Source: a plasmid. Taken from it: a stretch of 64,000 nt of DNA. The notes beneath the pieces were generated by a model. It saw only the letters and a list, made by a program, of their open reading frames with translations. It had not been told where the DNA came from and searched no databases. Location: the sequence record NZ_CP067423.1; one strand, given 5' to 3'. The position numbers were made by a program, and so were the translations under genes. Positions 1 through 9,937 of this stretch are shown piece after piece (the stretch's first letter is position 1; each line of letters begins with the position of its first letter).

Positions 1-1230
1 TGGGATGGTCGAACCCCTCGCCAAGCATCTGCACCTGGATGATACAATCGAGTGAGCCGTTGCGCAGTGCCGCAAGAATGGCCGCCTGCTCATCCTCCGT
101 CTGCTTGCTATGGATAACGTCGGCGTTGAAGCCGCGCTCCTGATACAGCGAACGGATTTCCCGCGCATGATTGATGGAGCACGCGACTGCGATGAGCTGG
201 TGCTGCGTCCCGCTTTGTCTAAGCTCATCGAGCTTCTGCAAACTGCTATCGACGATGTGCTTGTTGCACAGCCTAGCAAGCGCCACGCCGCGGCTGAACC
301 ATTCTTCCTCCTTGAGCTTCAGCACCTCGTCCAAGGTGTACGTTCGCCCGCCGGCGTCGGAAAATCCGAGCTCAATGGTCGACGGAGCGACGTAACTTGC
401 CTTGAGGCGCTTGATATAGCCTTTCAGGGTGGCGTTGCGGAATGGATACCGGAACACCAATTCGCCATCGAGTTCCTGGCGATCGCCCCGGAATGGGGTC
501 GCCGTAAGCAGGATGACCTTGGCGTTTGGAAAACGCTCGATGACTTTCTGCCAGCTAGCGGCCGCGCTGTGGTGCGCCTCATCAACTATGATCATGTCGA
601 AAAAGTCATCGGGAAACTGGGTCAGCCACTTATCGACGTTGGTCGCGAGCTGATGGACGTTCGTGATGACGATATGGGACTTTGTTGCTATCGAGATGTT
701 GCCGCTATCCAGCGTACATGCCAACGGACCAGACAACATCTGGTCAGCGCTGAGCACACCCGCTTTCCGCCAGAAGCATTTCTGCCGGTTTGTGATGTCC
801 ATCGCTTCGTAAAGCCCGTCCTTGATGGTGAGGTTGGGCGCGATAACAATGACCCTGCCCTCGGAGAGTCCAAACGGCAGGAGAGAAGCCAGGCCGGTCT
901 TGCCGCATCCGACCGGAACCTGGAGGATCGCCTTATTCTTTCCCGCCCGGAAGAATTCATAAGTGCGCAGATAGCCTTCGCGCTGTGGGTCGCGGAGGTG
1001 GTCGTTCCCGTCGATGACGAATTCAGCGTCCAGGAAGAACGACTGCAGGGGGCGGGCGGTGCGTACCCACTGGTCGAGCCCGCTCTTTTCGAAGATCCAT
1101 TTCTTGCCGATCTTCCGCGCCGGGATGCGGTTCTCGCGCGCCATCGCATACAGCGCGGTCTTGCCCATTCCTAAGTAGATCGCGGTCTCTTCAAGAGAGA
1201 GCCAACCGTCAGTATCCGTCATACATCCTC
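1..1230 (-). CDS. HTH (excisionase/MerR-like) + DEAD/DEAH-box helicase (type III res-like), 3' end runs off window start
   Basis: Reverse-strand translation from the ATG at 1230 gives MTDTDGWLSLEETAIYLGMGKTALYAMARENRIPARKIGKKWIFEKSGLDQW, an excisionase-type HTH. Helicase motif I (LQVPVGCGKTGLA), motif II (IIVDEAHHSAAAS) and motif III (ILLTATPFR) follow. There is no stop before position 1, so the gene is missing from the ORF track. Confidence 0.6.
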
Positions 1231-1715
1231 ACAATCTGATATCTAGCGATAGCAAACGACAGATAGAATTGCAAAGGAAATCGGCGGTGGTAGTTGTCGC
1301 CCGCATTTGAAGGCGCCACAGTGGGTTTTAGCCTGGGCAGGAGCGCCACTTGTGCCCAACGCCTGGTTTCGAGCCCCCGGATGAGTGGCATTGGATCATG
1401 GGTCACGTTGCTGGCCGTTCGACAAAGGTCAGCAACTGTCCGAATGCCGAAATCCGAGTCCTTGCCGGGACCCAGCCACGTCGGTTTTTGTCGTGATGCT
1501 TGAATGATGATCCCCCTTCGTCAGCGAGAATAGTTGCGTGAACAGCCGCCCGTCATGCGGCCAAGGCACAGAGTCCCGTGCCGTCCCTGTTTTCCACCCC
1601 GCCCAAGGCGGGGCGAAGCGAAGCGGAGCAGGCGAGGGGGCTGAACGCGCTTCCCACATTGCGCCGAAGAGAAGCCCCCGAGCTTGTGGTAAACGGGGGC
1701 GGGACGGCTGCCGTT

Positions 1716-3647
1716 TCAGGATCCAGCTGCTCCCGTCTTCGGTTGGAAATTGCTCTTGCCGACGAGCGCCGCCATTTCCGGACGGCGGAAGTAGATGGCG
1801 CGACCGCAACGTAGCGGCGGATTACCGCCGGTGAGGATGATCTGCTCATCGGCGCGCATCTGGGTGACTTCATGCGGCAGGATCAGCGGGCGTTGCGAGA
1901 GCTGTTGGGAGCGGGTGCGGGACGAACCCATGTCGCGCGAGGTGCGGCTGACGTGGTTCACCTCTACCGTGGTCATCCCGCAGCGCTCGGAAATGTACTT
2001 CGCCGTTTCCGGATCATTGATCGCCGAGAACGACACCCAGGAAGCGGACTCGAACCATTTGCTGGTCGCGTCGCGCCCACCAAAGGCCTCCCGCATCTGC
2101 CCGAGCGACTGGAACAGCATCAGGAGTGTGATGCCATATTTGCGGCCGGCGTCGCGGGCGGTTTCGACGATGCGCATGTAGCCGAGGCGGGCGGCCTCAT
2201 CGAGCAGGAACAGGGCGCGCTCTTCGAGATCGCCATTGCGATTGTAGATCGCCTTGAGGAACGCTCCGATGACGACGCGAGCCATACCGGGGTGATTTTC
2301 CAAGGTAGACAGATCGACATTGATGAACACCGTCGTGCGCCCATTGGCGATGTCGTCCGTCCTGAAAGTGTTGCCCGACACGATGGCCGCGTAGCTGTCG
2401 TAGGAGAGCCAGTGCGTCTCCTTGGCGGCGGTCGCATAGACGCCGGAGAAGGTTTGCGGCGTCATGTTGATGAAGGGGGCGATGACCTCTTTGACGAACC
2501 GGGAGGTCGAGCTTTGATAAAGATCGGCGAGCTTTTCCTTGAGCGTTTCTTCCGGCTCGGCCAGTCGCGCGCGGACGATGCGCAGCGATCGTTCGCGCTT
2601 GGTATCGTCCGGATCGGACAGCATCACGTCGGCGATGACGCCGGTGATGAGCTGTTCGGCCGAGACGCGGAAGAAATCGTCGGCGCCGGAGGTGACGCGT
2701 GGTTTTTCCGACATCAGCCACGCCGCCACGGAGGCAATGTCTTCCTCCGGCGCATTGCCGAAGCGGCCGATCCAGTCGAGCACGTTGAACCCGATGTCGG
2801 GTCGTTTCGGATCGAGAATGAGCACGTCCTGACCATGCGCTTCGCGATGGGCGGCGACCATCGGCGCAATCTCGGTCGAGGGATCGAGGATGATCATCGA
2901 GCCCTTGAACTTGAGCGCCGTCGGCACGACCACGGAGGTGGTCTTGTAACCGCCGGAACCAGCAAAGACGATGCCGTGCGTCGAGCCAAATCCGCAGTCG
3001 AAGCAGACGAGCGGTGATTTTCCGCCCTTGCCCCACGTCTCCTTGCGGCGCGGATCGAAGTTGACGCCGGCGACGGAATCCTCGTCGACGCGATAGCGCT
3101 CACCGATGACGATGCCACCGCTTTCGGGAAAGAGTCCTGCGATTGTGGCGCTGTCCATCCAATGGCTATCGCCATGGATGGCGCGACGGCCGGAGAGCCG
3201 TTTCGGACCCGTCGCGCCAAAGACGGCATTGCCGCGCAGCGCAACCCGCAATCCGAACATGCCGGCGACGAAGGCCGTCGCCGCGCCGCCGATAGTGTAA
3301 AGGTCAAGTAAGGAAAACAGCGTTCCTTGCGGCACCTGGCTGGCGAAATCGGACAGGCGTAGCGTCTCCGAAATGGCGGCGAACGCGGCGGCGGCAACCC
3401 CGCCGATCAGGACGCCGAGGCCGGCCGACTGAATGGCAAGTGAGCCCTTGGCGGCAAAGAGGAAAATGACGCCGATCGCGGCCGCGGCGGCGTAGGGGAC
3501 GACAAGGCCGCCGCGCCCGAGGGTCTGGTAGCTTTCCGGCGAAGTGCCGAAAGCGGCGAGCCAGGACTCAATCCCCTGGAGCCCCAGAACGGCTCCCAAC
3601 ATCATCATCGCCGGTGCGGTCAGCAGCATCAGTTTCTTCGCTGTCAT
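1716..3647 (-). CDS. traG: Conjugative coupling protein TraG (VirD4/TraG family T4CP)
   Basis: 643 aa counted from MTAKKLMLL. The N-terminal TM helices, the Walker A motif (GSGGYKTTSVVVPT) and a TraG/VirD4-like C-terminus are present. It lies in the expected position downstream of traD. Confidence 0.9.
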   Translation of the reverse strand: MTAKKLMLLTAPAMMMLGAVLGLQGIESWLAAFGTSPESYQTLGRGGLVVPYAAAAAIGVIFLFAAKGSLAIQSAGLGVLIGGVAAAAFAAISETLRLSDFASQVPQGTLFSLLDLYTIGGAATAFVAGMFGLRVALRGNAVFGATGPKRLSGRRAIHGDSHWMDSATIAGLFPESGGIVIGERYRVDEDSVAGVNFDPRRKETWGKGGKSPLVCFDCGFGSTHGIVFAGSGGYKTTSVVVPTALKFKGSMIILDPSTEIAPMVAAHREAHGQDVLILDPKRPDIGFNVLDWIGRFGNAPEEDIASVAAWLMSEKPRVTSGADDFFRVSAEQLITGVIADVMLSDPDDTKRERSLRIVRARLAEPEETLKEKLADLYQSSTSRFVKEVIAPFINMTPQTFSGVYATAAKETHWLSYDSYAAIVSGNTFRTDDIANGRTTVFINVDLSTLENHPGMARVVIGAFLKAIYNRNGDLEERALFLLDEAARLGYMRIVETARDAGRKYGITLLMLFQSLGQMREAFGGRDATSKWFESASWVSFSAINDPETAKYISERCGMTTVEVNHVSRTSRDMGSSRTRSQQLSQRPLILPHEVTQMRADEQIILTGGNPPLRCGRAIYFRRPEMAALVGKSNFQPKTGAAGS

Positions 3648-3858
3648 TATCGAATATCGCCTTTCCGATTGCGGCCAATCGAGCGCGCTCGGTTGCGTCG
3701 CTGAGCCGCGCAGCCGCATCGATGAGGGCGCCGAGAATGACGGCGCGATCCGCACTGCGAAGTCCCGCCTTCACGACGAGACCGCCGAGCTGGATCTTCT
3801 CGCGCGCATCCTTCTTCCGGGCTTCCGTTTGTGACGCCCGGTAGCGGCGCTCATGCAT
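3568..3858 (-). CDS. traD: Conjugal transfer protein TraD (small)
   Basis: The KDAREKIQLGGLVVKAGL motif typical of rhizobial TraD is present, and the gene sits between traC and traG. The 3' end overlaps the traG start; the low-complexity C-terminal extension makes the exact stop uncertain. Confidence 0.55.
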   Translation of the reverse strand: MHERRYRASQTEARKKDAREKIQLGGLVVKAGLRSADRAVILGALIDAAARLSDATERARLAAIGKAIFDNDSEETDAADRTGDDDVGSRSGAPGD

Positions 3859-4098
3859 CAGGAGCGCCCGTTTGAGAGCGAGCAGCCGGCCCGGAGGTCT
3901 TCTGTTTCGTCCCCGCTTGAAATCGCTTTGCCATCTCTTCGAAGCCTGTGACCAGCTCTGTGTCGGATGCGTTCACTTCGCCTAATCCGGCCTTCAGCGC
4001 GAGCCGGCCGATGCGTTCGGCCTCCTTGGTTTCGGCAAGCTTCAGCTGCTCCTGTAGGCGTTCGATTTCCTCGCGGATACGGGAAGAGGGTCGTCTCA
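3851..4098 (-). CDS. traC: Conjugal transfer protein TraC (oriT accessory protein)
   Basis: Only the C-terminal 82 aa of ORF 3851..4615 (MRRPSSRIREEIERLQEQLKLAETKEAERIGRLALKAGLGE...) resemble Ti/Rhizobium TraC. The rest of that ORF overlaps oriT and is rejected. Confidence 0.7.
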
Positions 4099-4346
4099 TC
4101 GGCGGGGTTCTCCGGTTTCGTAGATGGTCATTGCGATGCGGAGAATCGCATTTGACGTGCGCGCAGCGCACCCTGCGAAAAACCACAGGTAGGCGAAGCC
4201 TATGCATTGCGGGAAGAATCCCGCCGTTCGGAAGAACGGTCCAAGGGCGCAGTAATACGTTGCTAGCAACGTTCCCGCGTCCGGCCCTGGATGGGCCGCG
4301 CTCGACCGAACAGCATTCGCGTTCGGATCGAGAGAGCACCTGCCCT
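4099..4346. promoter_or_regulatory. oriT: oriT / divergent traC-traA promoter region
   Basis: This is the intergenic region between divergent traC and traA. It contains a hairpin GTGCGCgcaGCGCAC (4157-4171) followed by CCTGCG, which resembles an RSF1010-type MOBQ nick region. It also contains the palindromes GCGGGAAGAATCCCGC (4209-4224) and CCGTTCGGAAGAACGG (4223-4238), and a perfect 16-bp palindrome ACGTTGCTAGCAACGT (4257-4272). Confidence 0.5.
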
Positions 4347-7300
4347 GTGGCGATCACGCACTTCACACCCCAATTGATCAGCCGCGGCGAAGGCCGCAGT
4401 GCTGTTGCGGCGGCTGCGTATCGCCATTGCGCCCGCATGGAGAACGAGCGCGAGGGCAGGGTGGCAGACTTCTCGCGCAAGCCCGGAATGGTCCATGAAG
4501 AGTTTGTGTTGCCGGGCGATGCGCCGGACTGGGCAAGGGCGCTTATTGCCGATCGCTCGGTTGCCGGCGCGTCCGAAGCCTTCTGGAATAAGGTGGAGGC
4601 GTTCGAGACCCGCAAGGACGCTCAGCTCGCCAAGGAGTTCATACTGGCGCTGCCGCGCGAGCTGACCGCCGAGCAGAATATCGCAATGATGTGCGAGTTC
4701 GTCGCGGAACATGTGAGCACGCGAGGGCTGGTTGCGGACTGGGTTTACCATGACGCGCCGGGCAATCCGCATGTGCATCTGATGACGACATTGCGCCCGC
4801 TGACGGAAGACGGTTTCGGCGGCAAGAAGGTGCTTGTCATCGCAGAGGACGGACGGCCGGTCAGGTCGAAATCCGGCCAGATCGTTTACAAGCTCTGGGC
4901 CGGTGACAAGGCGGACTTCCTCGCTATGCGCGAGGCCTGGTACGCCGCGCAGAACAAGCATCTGGAATTGAACGGCCATGACATTCGCGTCGATGGCCGC
5001 TCCTATGCCGAGCGTGGCATCGACCTTGAACCGACTTCGCATATCGGTGTTGCCAGCAAAAACATTCAGCGGCAAGCGGAGGCTGAAGGGCGCGCGGCCA
5101 GGCTTGAACGGCTCGCATTGCACGAGGAAACGCGGCGCGAGAATGCGCGCCGGATAGAGCGCCGGCCGGAGATCGTGCTGGAGGCGATCGCGCGCGAGAA
5201 GAGCGTCTTCGACGAGCGCGATGTCGCCAAATATCTGCACCGCTATGTCGATGATCCCGGCCAGTTCGCCAACTTGCTGGCGCGCGTCATGGGAAGTCCG
5301 GAGGCCGTGAGGATTGAAGTCGAGGGCGTCGATCCCGAGACCGGCGAGCGATTGCCGGAGCGTTTTGCGACGCGCGACATGATCCGCATTGAGGCCGAGA
5401 TGGGGAACCAGGCCGAGCATCTTGCGACGAACGGCCGGTTCGGCGTCTCAATCAGCGCGCGCGCCGAAGTCGTTGCCGGCCATGCGCAGATTTCCGACGA
5501 GCAGAGCTTCGGCCTGGAACGCATCACTGGTAACGAGCGCCTCGCCATCATCGTCGGCCGCGCCGGCGCCGGCAAGACGACGATGATGAAGGCCGCGCGC
5601 GAAGCATGGGAGGCTTCCGGCTATCGTGTTGTCGGCGGTGCGCTCGCGGGCAAGGCCGCCGAGGGGCTGGAGAAGGAGGCGGGCATTGCGTCGCGAACGC
5701 TCGCGTCCTGGCAGCTCCAATGGGAGGGGGGCCGCCTTCACCTGGACAACAGATGCGTGTTCGTCATGGACGAGGCGGGCATGGTGTCGTCGCGCCAGAT
5801 GGCCGACTTCGTTTCTGCTGTTGCCCATGCAGGCGCCAAGCTCGTTCTTGTCGGCGATGCCGACCAATTACAGCCGATCGAGGCGGGCGCTGCGTTCCGC
5901 TCGCTTGCCGATCGCGTCGGTTATGCCGAGCTCGGCACGATCTACCGCCAGCGTGAGCAGTGGATGCGCGATGCCTCGATGGATCTTGCCCGAGGCAAGA
6001 TCGGGGCGGCGATCTCCGCCTATAAGGGGAAGGGACGCCTGGTCGGAATGGAGTTGAAGGACCAGGCGGTCAGCGCGCTCATTCGCGACTGGATTGCCGA
6101 CTACGACCCGAACCGGTCGAGCCTGATCCTTGCGCATCTTCGCCACGATGTGCGGACACTGAACGAGCTGGCGCGTGGCGCGCTCCTCGAGCGCGGATTG
6201 ATCGAAGACGGCCATGCCTTCCGCACGGAAGACGGCATGCGGAACTTCGCGGTCGGCGACCAGATCGTGTTCCTGAAGAACGAGGGTTCGCTTGGCGTCA
6301 AGAACGGCATGATCGGCCGCATTGTCGAGGCCGAGACGGGCCGTATCGTGACCGAGATCGGAGACGACAGACGGCGCGTCGAGATCGACCAGCGGTTCTA
6401 TCGCAATGTGGATCATGGCTATGCGACCACCATCCATAAGTCCCAAGGCGCCACCATCGATCGGGTGAAGGTGCTGGCGACCCTCTCGCTCGACAGGCAT
6501 CTGACCTATGTGGCGATGACCCGGCACCGGCATGACGCAAAACTCTATTTCGGACGACGCTCGTTCGAGAAGGCGGGCGGGCTCATTCAGAACCTGTCGA
6601 AGCGCGGGGCCAAGGACACGACGCTCGATTTCACCGGATCGAAGCTCTACGAGCAGGCGCTTTCCTACGCCAACAGCCGCGGCCTCCACGGCGCGCGCGT
6701 GGCGAAAGCCCTTGTCGAAAACCAGCTCCGTTGGATCAGGGAGCAGCGCGATCGGCTCGAGACGGCCGCCGCCAGGCTCGCAAGCTTCATCGGGCGGTTC
6801 GGCCGTGCCGCCGATCGTCAGGCAGCGGCTGCCGCGACTGCCTCTCCCGTTTCCCAGCCCTGGGTTCGCGGCCTCGCGACCTGGGCGCAATCCATCCCGC
6901 AGCTCGTGGAGGCCAAATTGCAATCAGACGCCACACTCACCCATGCCTGGACCCAGCTTCGAGACCGCGTCACTCAAGTCTATGAGAAGCCCGATGGCGC
7001 GATCGATGCGATGAACCTTTCCACAATCATGAGCGCCAATGTAGCGGAAAGGCAGGCAGCGCAAAGCCGCATCGTCGACCAGCTCGGTCGCGATCCGGAA
7101 GCCTTCGGCGCGATGCGCGGCAAGACCGGCATGTTTGCCTCATCGGACGCGAAGGCCGAGCGGCAGCGGGCCTTGAACAACGTTCCGGCACTCAAGGACA
7201 ATATTGCCCGATATGTGCGGCTGCGCGCCGAGATCGGAGATCTTCGCACCGTCGAATTGTCACGCGAGCGCGATCGCAGCCGGGTCGACATTCCTGCATT

Positions 7301-7649
7301 GTCCGGATCGGCGCAGGGCGTGCTTGACCGCATCCGCGATGCGATCGATCGCAACGACCTTTCGGCCGCGCTCGGTTTTGCCCTTGCTGACAAAATGGCG
7401 AAAGCAGAGATCGACCAGCTCAACAAGGCGCTCGACCAGCGGTTTGGGGAACGGGCATTCCTTGGCTCGAAAGAGGCCAAAGGGCCGGCCTATGATGCAG
7501 CCGCGGCACAAGTCGCCGAGGGCGACCGCTCGAAACTGGTGGCAGCCTGGCCGAGCTTCAGTGCCGCCCAGCGCGTTGCGGCCTATGAGCGGGCGCAGAA
7601 GGAGACGCGGGCTCAGAGCCAGGTCCGCGATCAGGGCATGAGCCGATGA
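4347..7649 (+). CDS. traA: Relaxase/helicase TraA (MobA/MobL relaxase + RecD-like helicase)
   Basis: A GTG start at 4347 gives MAITHFTPQLISRGEGRSAVAAAAYRHCAR, a relaxase N-terminus. A Walker A motif (IVGRAGAGKTTMMKAA) and a UvrD/RecD C-terminal motif (GYATTIHKSQGATIDRV) follow. Length is about 1100 aa, typical for Ti-type TraA. Confidence 0.9.
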   Translation: MAITHFTPQLISRGEGRSAVAAAAYRHCARMENEREGRVADFSRKPGMVHEEFVLPGDAPDWARALIADRSVAGASEAFWNKVEAFETRKDAQLAKEFILALPRELTAEQNIAMMCEFVAEHVSTRGLVADWVYHDAPGNPHVHLMTTLRPLTEDGFGGKKVLVIAEDGRPVRSKSGQIVYKLWAGDKADFLAMREAWYAAQNKHLELNGHDIRVDGRSYAERGIDLEPTSHIGVASKNIQRQAEAEGRAARLERLALHEETRRENARRIERRPEIVLEAIAREKSVFDERDVAKYLHRYVDDPGQFANLLARVMGSPEAVRIEVEGVDPETGERLPERFATRDMIRIEAEMGNQAEHLATNGRFGVSISARAEVVAGHAQISDEQSFGLERITGNERLAIIVGRAGAGKTTMMKAAREAWEASGYRVVGGALAGKAAEGLEKEAGIASRTLASWQLQWEGGRLHLDNRCVFVMDEAGMVSSRQMADFVSAVAHAGAKLVLVGDADQLQPIEAGAAFRSLADRVGYAELGTIYRQREQWMRDASMDLARGKIGAAISAYKGKGRLVGMELKDQAVSALIRDWIADYDPNRSSLILAHLRHDVRTLNELARGALLERGLIEDGHAFRTEDGMRNFAVGDQIVFLKNEGSLGVKNGMIGRIVEAETGRIVTEIGDDRRRVEIDQRFYRNVDHGYATTIHKSQGATIDRVKVLATLSLDRHLTYVAMTRHRHDAKLYFGRRSFEKAGGLIQNLSKRGAKDTTLDFTGSKLYEQALSYANSRGLHGARVAKALVENQLRWIREQRDRLETAAARLASFIGRFGRAADRQAAAAATASPVSQPWVRGLATWAQSIPQLVEAKLQSDATLTHAWTQLRDRVTQVYEKPDGAIDAMNLSTIMSANVAERQAAQSRIVDQLGRDPEAFGAMRGKTGMFASSDAKAERQRALNNVPALKDNIARYVRLRAEIGDLRTVELSRERDRSRVDIPALSGSAQGVLDRIRDAIDRNDLSAALGFALADKMAKAEIDQLNKALDQRFGERAFLGSKEAKGPAYDAAAAQVAEGDRSKLVAAWPSFSAAQRVAAYERAQKETRAQSQVRDQGMSR

Positions 7650-8179
7650 CGAGACATTGCAGGGCGCTTGCGATCATCGGCGCCGGCGCCGTGCTTCTCG
7701 GTTCGATGGCGGCAGCCTTTGCATGGGGCGGCTATCGCGTGAACTTCACGCCCTCCTATCCGCTTGGCCTTTGGCAGATAGAAACGCTGGACCGCCCGGT
7801 TGCGGTCGGCGACAGAGTGTTCATCTGCCCGCCTTCCGGTCCTGCCGTCGATCTCGCCCGCGAGCGCTTTTATCTGCCCAGAGGTCGTTGCCCGGCCGGA
7901 ACAGCGCCGCTCATCAAGACCGTGGTCGCATTGGCCGGACAGTCCATCCGCGTCGAGGGCCAGGTCATCATAGATGATGTGCCCTTGGCAGCTTCGACCG
8001 TTCACGCACAGGACACCGAGGGGCGGCCGATGAAGCCCTGGATGGGCGGCATCGTGCCCAAGGGCGAAGTGTTTCTTCATTCCGATTTCGGTGGTTCCTA
8101 TGATTCAAGATATTTTGGGCCGCTTCCTGCCGACGGCATCCTCGGCCTCGCACGGGAAATCCTCACCTTCACGCCGTAG
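7646..8179 (+). CDS. traF: Conjugative transfer signal peptidase TraF (S26 family)
   Basis: 177 aa with an N-terminal TM segment and a TraF-like body. It follows traA with an ATGA stop/start overlap. Confidence 0.8.
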   Translation: MTRHCRALAIIGAGAVLLGSMAAAFAWGGYRVNFTPSYPLGLWQIETLDRPVAVGDRVFICPPSGPAVDLARERFYLPRGRCPAGTAPLIKTVVALAGQSIRVEGQVIIDDVPLAASTVHAQDTEGRPMKPWMGGIVPKGEVFLHSDFGGSYDSRYFGPLPADGILGLAREILTFTP

Positions 8180-9323
8180 CCTTCTGCAGGCCATTCTATT
8201 CGCCGCCGGCGGCGCTGCCACCGGAGCGATAGGGTGGAGTGGGCATCCGCTCACCTTCGCCCTCGGCATAGCCTTCCCTGCGCTTTGGGCCCTCGCTCCG
8301 TCGCGCACGGTCGCGGCCCTGGTCGCGCTGGCGCATTTTCTCGGCGCATCGCGCGGCCTGCCGGAGGGCGCTTCGATCTTTTTCGGGGCGCAGCTCACCA
8401 TCGGCCTTGGCCTCTGGCTTGCCGCCTCGCTCATGTTCGTTGCCGTCCACACTGCACTCTGGACGTCGCGTGGCGGCTGGCGCCAGCCACTTCGCTACGC
8501 GATAGCGGCCGTCCTTATGAGCGTGCCGCCGTTCGGGACCGTCGGTTGGGCACATCCGATCACCGCAGCTGGAATTCTCTTCCCGGGCTGGGCCTGGTTC
8601 GGCCTTGCCGCAACCGCCGCCCTGTTGATCACGATGACGACCCGCCTATGGCCGATTGCGGCCGGCGTTGCAGCCCTCGCCTTCGCCTGGTCCGCCTTTA
8701 ATTGGACGCTTCCGGCCGAGCCGGAAGGCTGGCGGGGCATCGACACCAGGTTCAGGTTCGAAGCTTCGGGCCAGTATGCCGACTACCGTCAGCAGGTCTC
8801 GACGATACAGCTGGTCGAGGCCGCCGCCAGCGACGGCGCGCGTGTCGTGATCCTGCCGGAAAGCGCCATGGGCTTGTGGAGCGCCACCACAGAGCGGCTT
8901 TGGACCCGCGAGCTTTCCAGCCTCGACATCCTGGTCAATGGCGGTGCGGCGATCGTCGATCCCGTCGGCTACGACAATGTGATGATCGGGGTTTCGGGGA
9001 AGGGCGCGGATATCCTTTACCGCGAGCGCATGCCGGTCCCGGTCTCCATGTGGCAACCCTGGACGACCGGCGGGGCGCACGCGCGGTTGTTCGCCAATCC
9101 GGTCTTCGAGTTCGCCGGGCTGAGGGTTGCGCCGCTGATCTGCTACGAACAGCTCATCATCTGGCCCGTCATCCAGTCGATGCTTTTCGCGCCGGACGCG
9201 CTTGTCGCAACCGGCAACGCCTGGTGGACCGGCGACACCAATATCGTCGCCATCCAGCGGTCGAGCGCGCAGGCGTGGGCTTCGCTGTTCGGCCTGCCGC
9301 TGGTGATGGCGTTCAACGAATAG
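8091..9323 (+). CDS. traB: Conjugal transfer protein TraB
   Basis: 410-aa membrane protein following traF, as in traAFBH operons. The start overlaps the traF 3' end; 8100 (MIQDIL) is an alternative start. Confidence 0.75.
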   Translation: MVPMIQDILGRFLPTASSASHGKSSPSRRSLLQAILFAAGGAATGAIGWSGHPLTFALGIAFPALWALAPSRTVAALVALAHFLGASRGLPEGASIFFGAQLTIGLGLWLAASLMFVAVHTALWTSRGGWRQPLRYAIAAVLMSVPPFGTVGWAHPITAAGILFPGWAWFGLAATAALLITMTTRLWPIAAGVAALAFAWSAFNWTLPAEPEGWRGIDTRFRFEASGQYADYRQQVSTIQLVEAAASDGARVVILPESAMGLWSATTERLWTRELSSLDILVNGGAAIVDPVGYDNVMIGVSGKGADILYRERMPVPVSMWQPWTTGGAHARLFANPVFEFAGLRVAPLICYEQLIIWPVIQSMLFAPDALVATGNAWWTGDTNIVAIQRSSAQAWASLFGLPLVMAFNE

Positions 9324-9334
9324 GATAGGGAACC

Positions 9335-9937
9335 ATGATCGATGCCGAACTGATCCAGCAATGTGCCGATCCCAGCCTCAAGGTCGAGATCGTGCAAAAA
9401 TTCATCGAGGAGGCCGGCGGTGCCGACCATCTGACCGTCACCGTTAGGGCAGGGGAGCGCATCATCCTTGTACCGAAACCATCGACCGAGTACGAGGCGA
9501 TGCAACTCATCCAGCAGAATTTGGGTCAGTCGATTGTCAGGGTAGGAGTGACTCAGTACCCGGCCGGCCTCGGCATTCAGGACATCTCCGAGCTCAGCCC
9601 GGACCTACTCGATTCCTGCAAGAACATTGGCATGGGCACCGCGCTCTTTGCCAAGGTCTATCGCATCGTCGCCAAATGGTATGGAGCACCCGCCCAGGAG
9701 GTCCTTGAGGAGGCGATATTCGCCTACAAGACCGGGTGGTTCGACGGAAAGCAGGTGTTCTATGAGTCCGACCCCGGCGAAACCGAGCTTGCCGAGCCGC
9801 AGCCAGCGGAGCAGGGCGCTCGGGTTGCGGCAGAGAGCACCGGCCCATCGGAGCCGCCTTTTTCGGAGGAAGATCCGAACAAGGCCGGTATCCGCATCGA
9901 TCTCTCCGGAATTAGCAGCAACAATAAAGAGCAATGA
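9335..9937 (+). CDS. traH: Conjugal transfer protein TraH
   Basis: 200 aa in the fourth position of the traAFBH operon. The acidic C-terminal tail is typical of TraH. Confidence 0.65.
   Translation: MIDAELIQQCADPSLKVEIVQKFIEEAGGADHLTVTVRAGERIILVPKPSTEYEAMQLIQQNLGQSIVRVGVTQYPAGLGIQDISELSPDLLDSCKNIGMGTALFAKVYRIVAKWYGAPAQEVLEEAIFAYKTGWFDGKQVFYESDPGETELAEPQPAEQGARVAAESTGPSEPPFSEEDPNKAGIRIDLSGISSNNKEQ

Noticed and set aside
110-1174. 354-aa plus-strand ORF at the window start
   Set aside because: The opposite strand encodes a clean HTH + helicase with the Walker A, DEAH and TAT motifs in order. The plus-strand ORF has no motifs and shows the Arg/Ala-rich composition typical of antisense frames in high-GC DNA.
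1872-3017. 381-aa plus-strand ORF (and 2197..3036 minus-frame ORF) inside traG
   Set aside because: It is embedded antisense or out of frame within the well-supported TraG coding region. No motifs. An artefact of high GC.
3948-4346. N-terminal 133-aa extension of the traA ORF starting at 3948
   Set aside because: The extension would span the oriT region and overlap traC. Relaxase homology begins exactly at the GTG at 4347 (MAITHF...).
4099-4615. Upstream 172 aa of ORF 3851..4615 as part of traC
   Set aside because: Only the C-terminal 82 aa resemble TraC. The rest is low complexity and overlaps oriT and traA.
4263-6923. Long minus-strand ORFs (4263..5420, 5868..6923) inside traA
   Set aside because: Antisense to the strongly supported TraA relaxase/helicase; no motifs.
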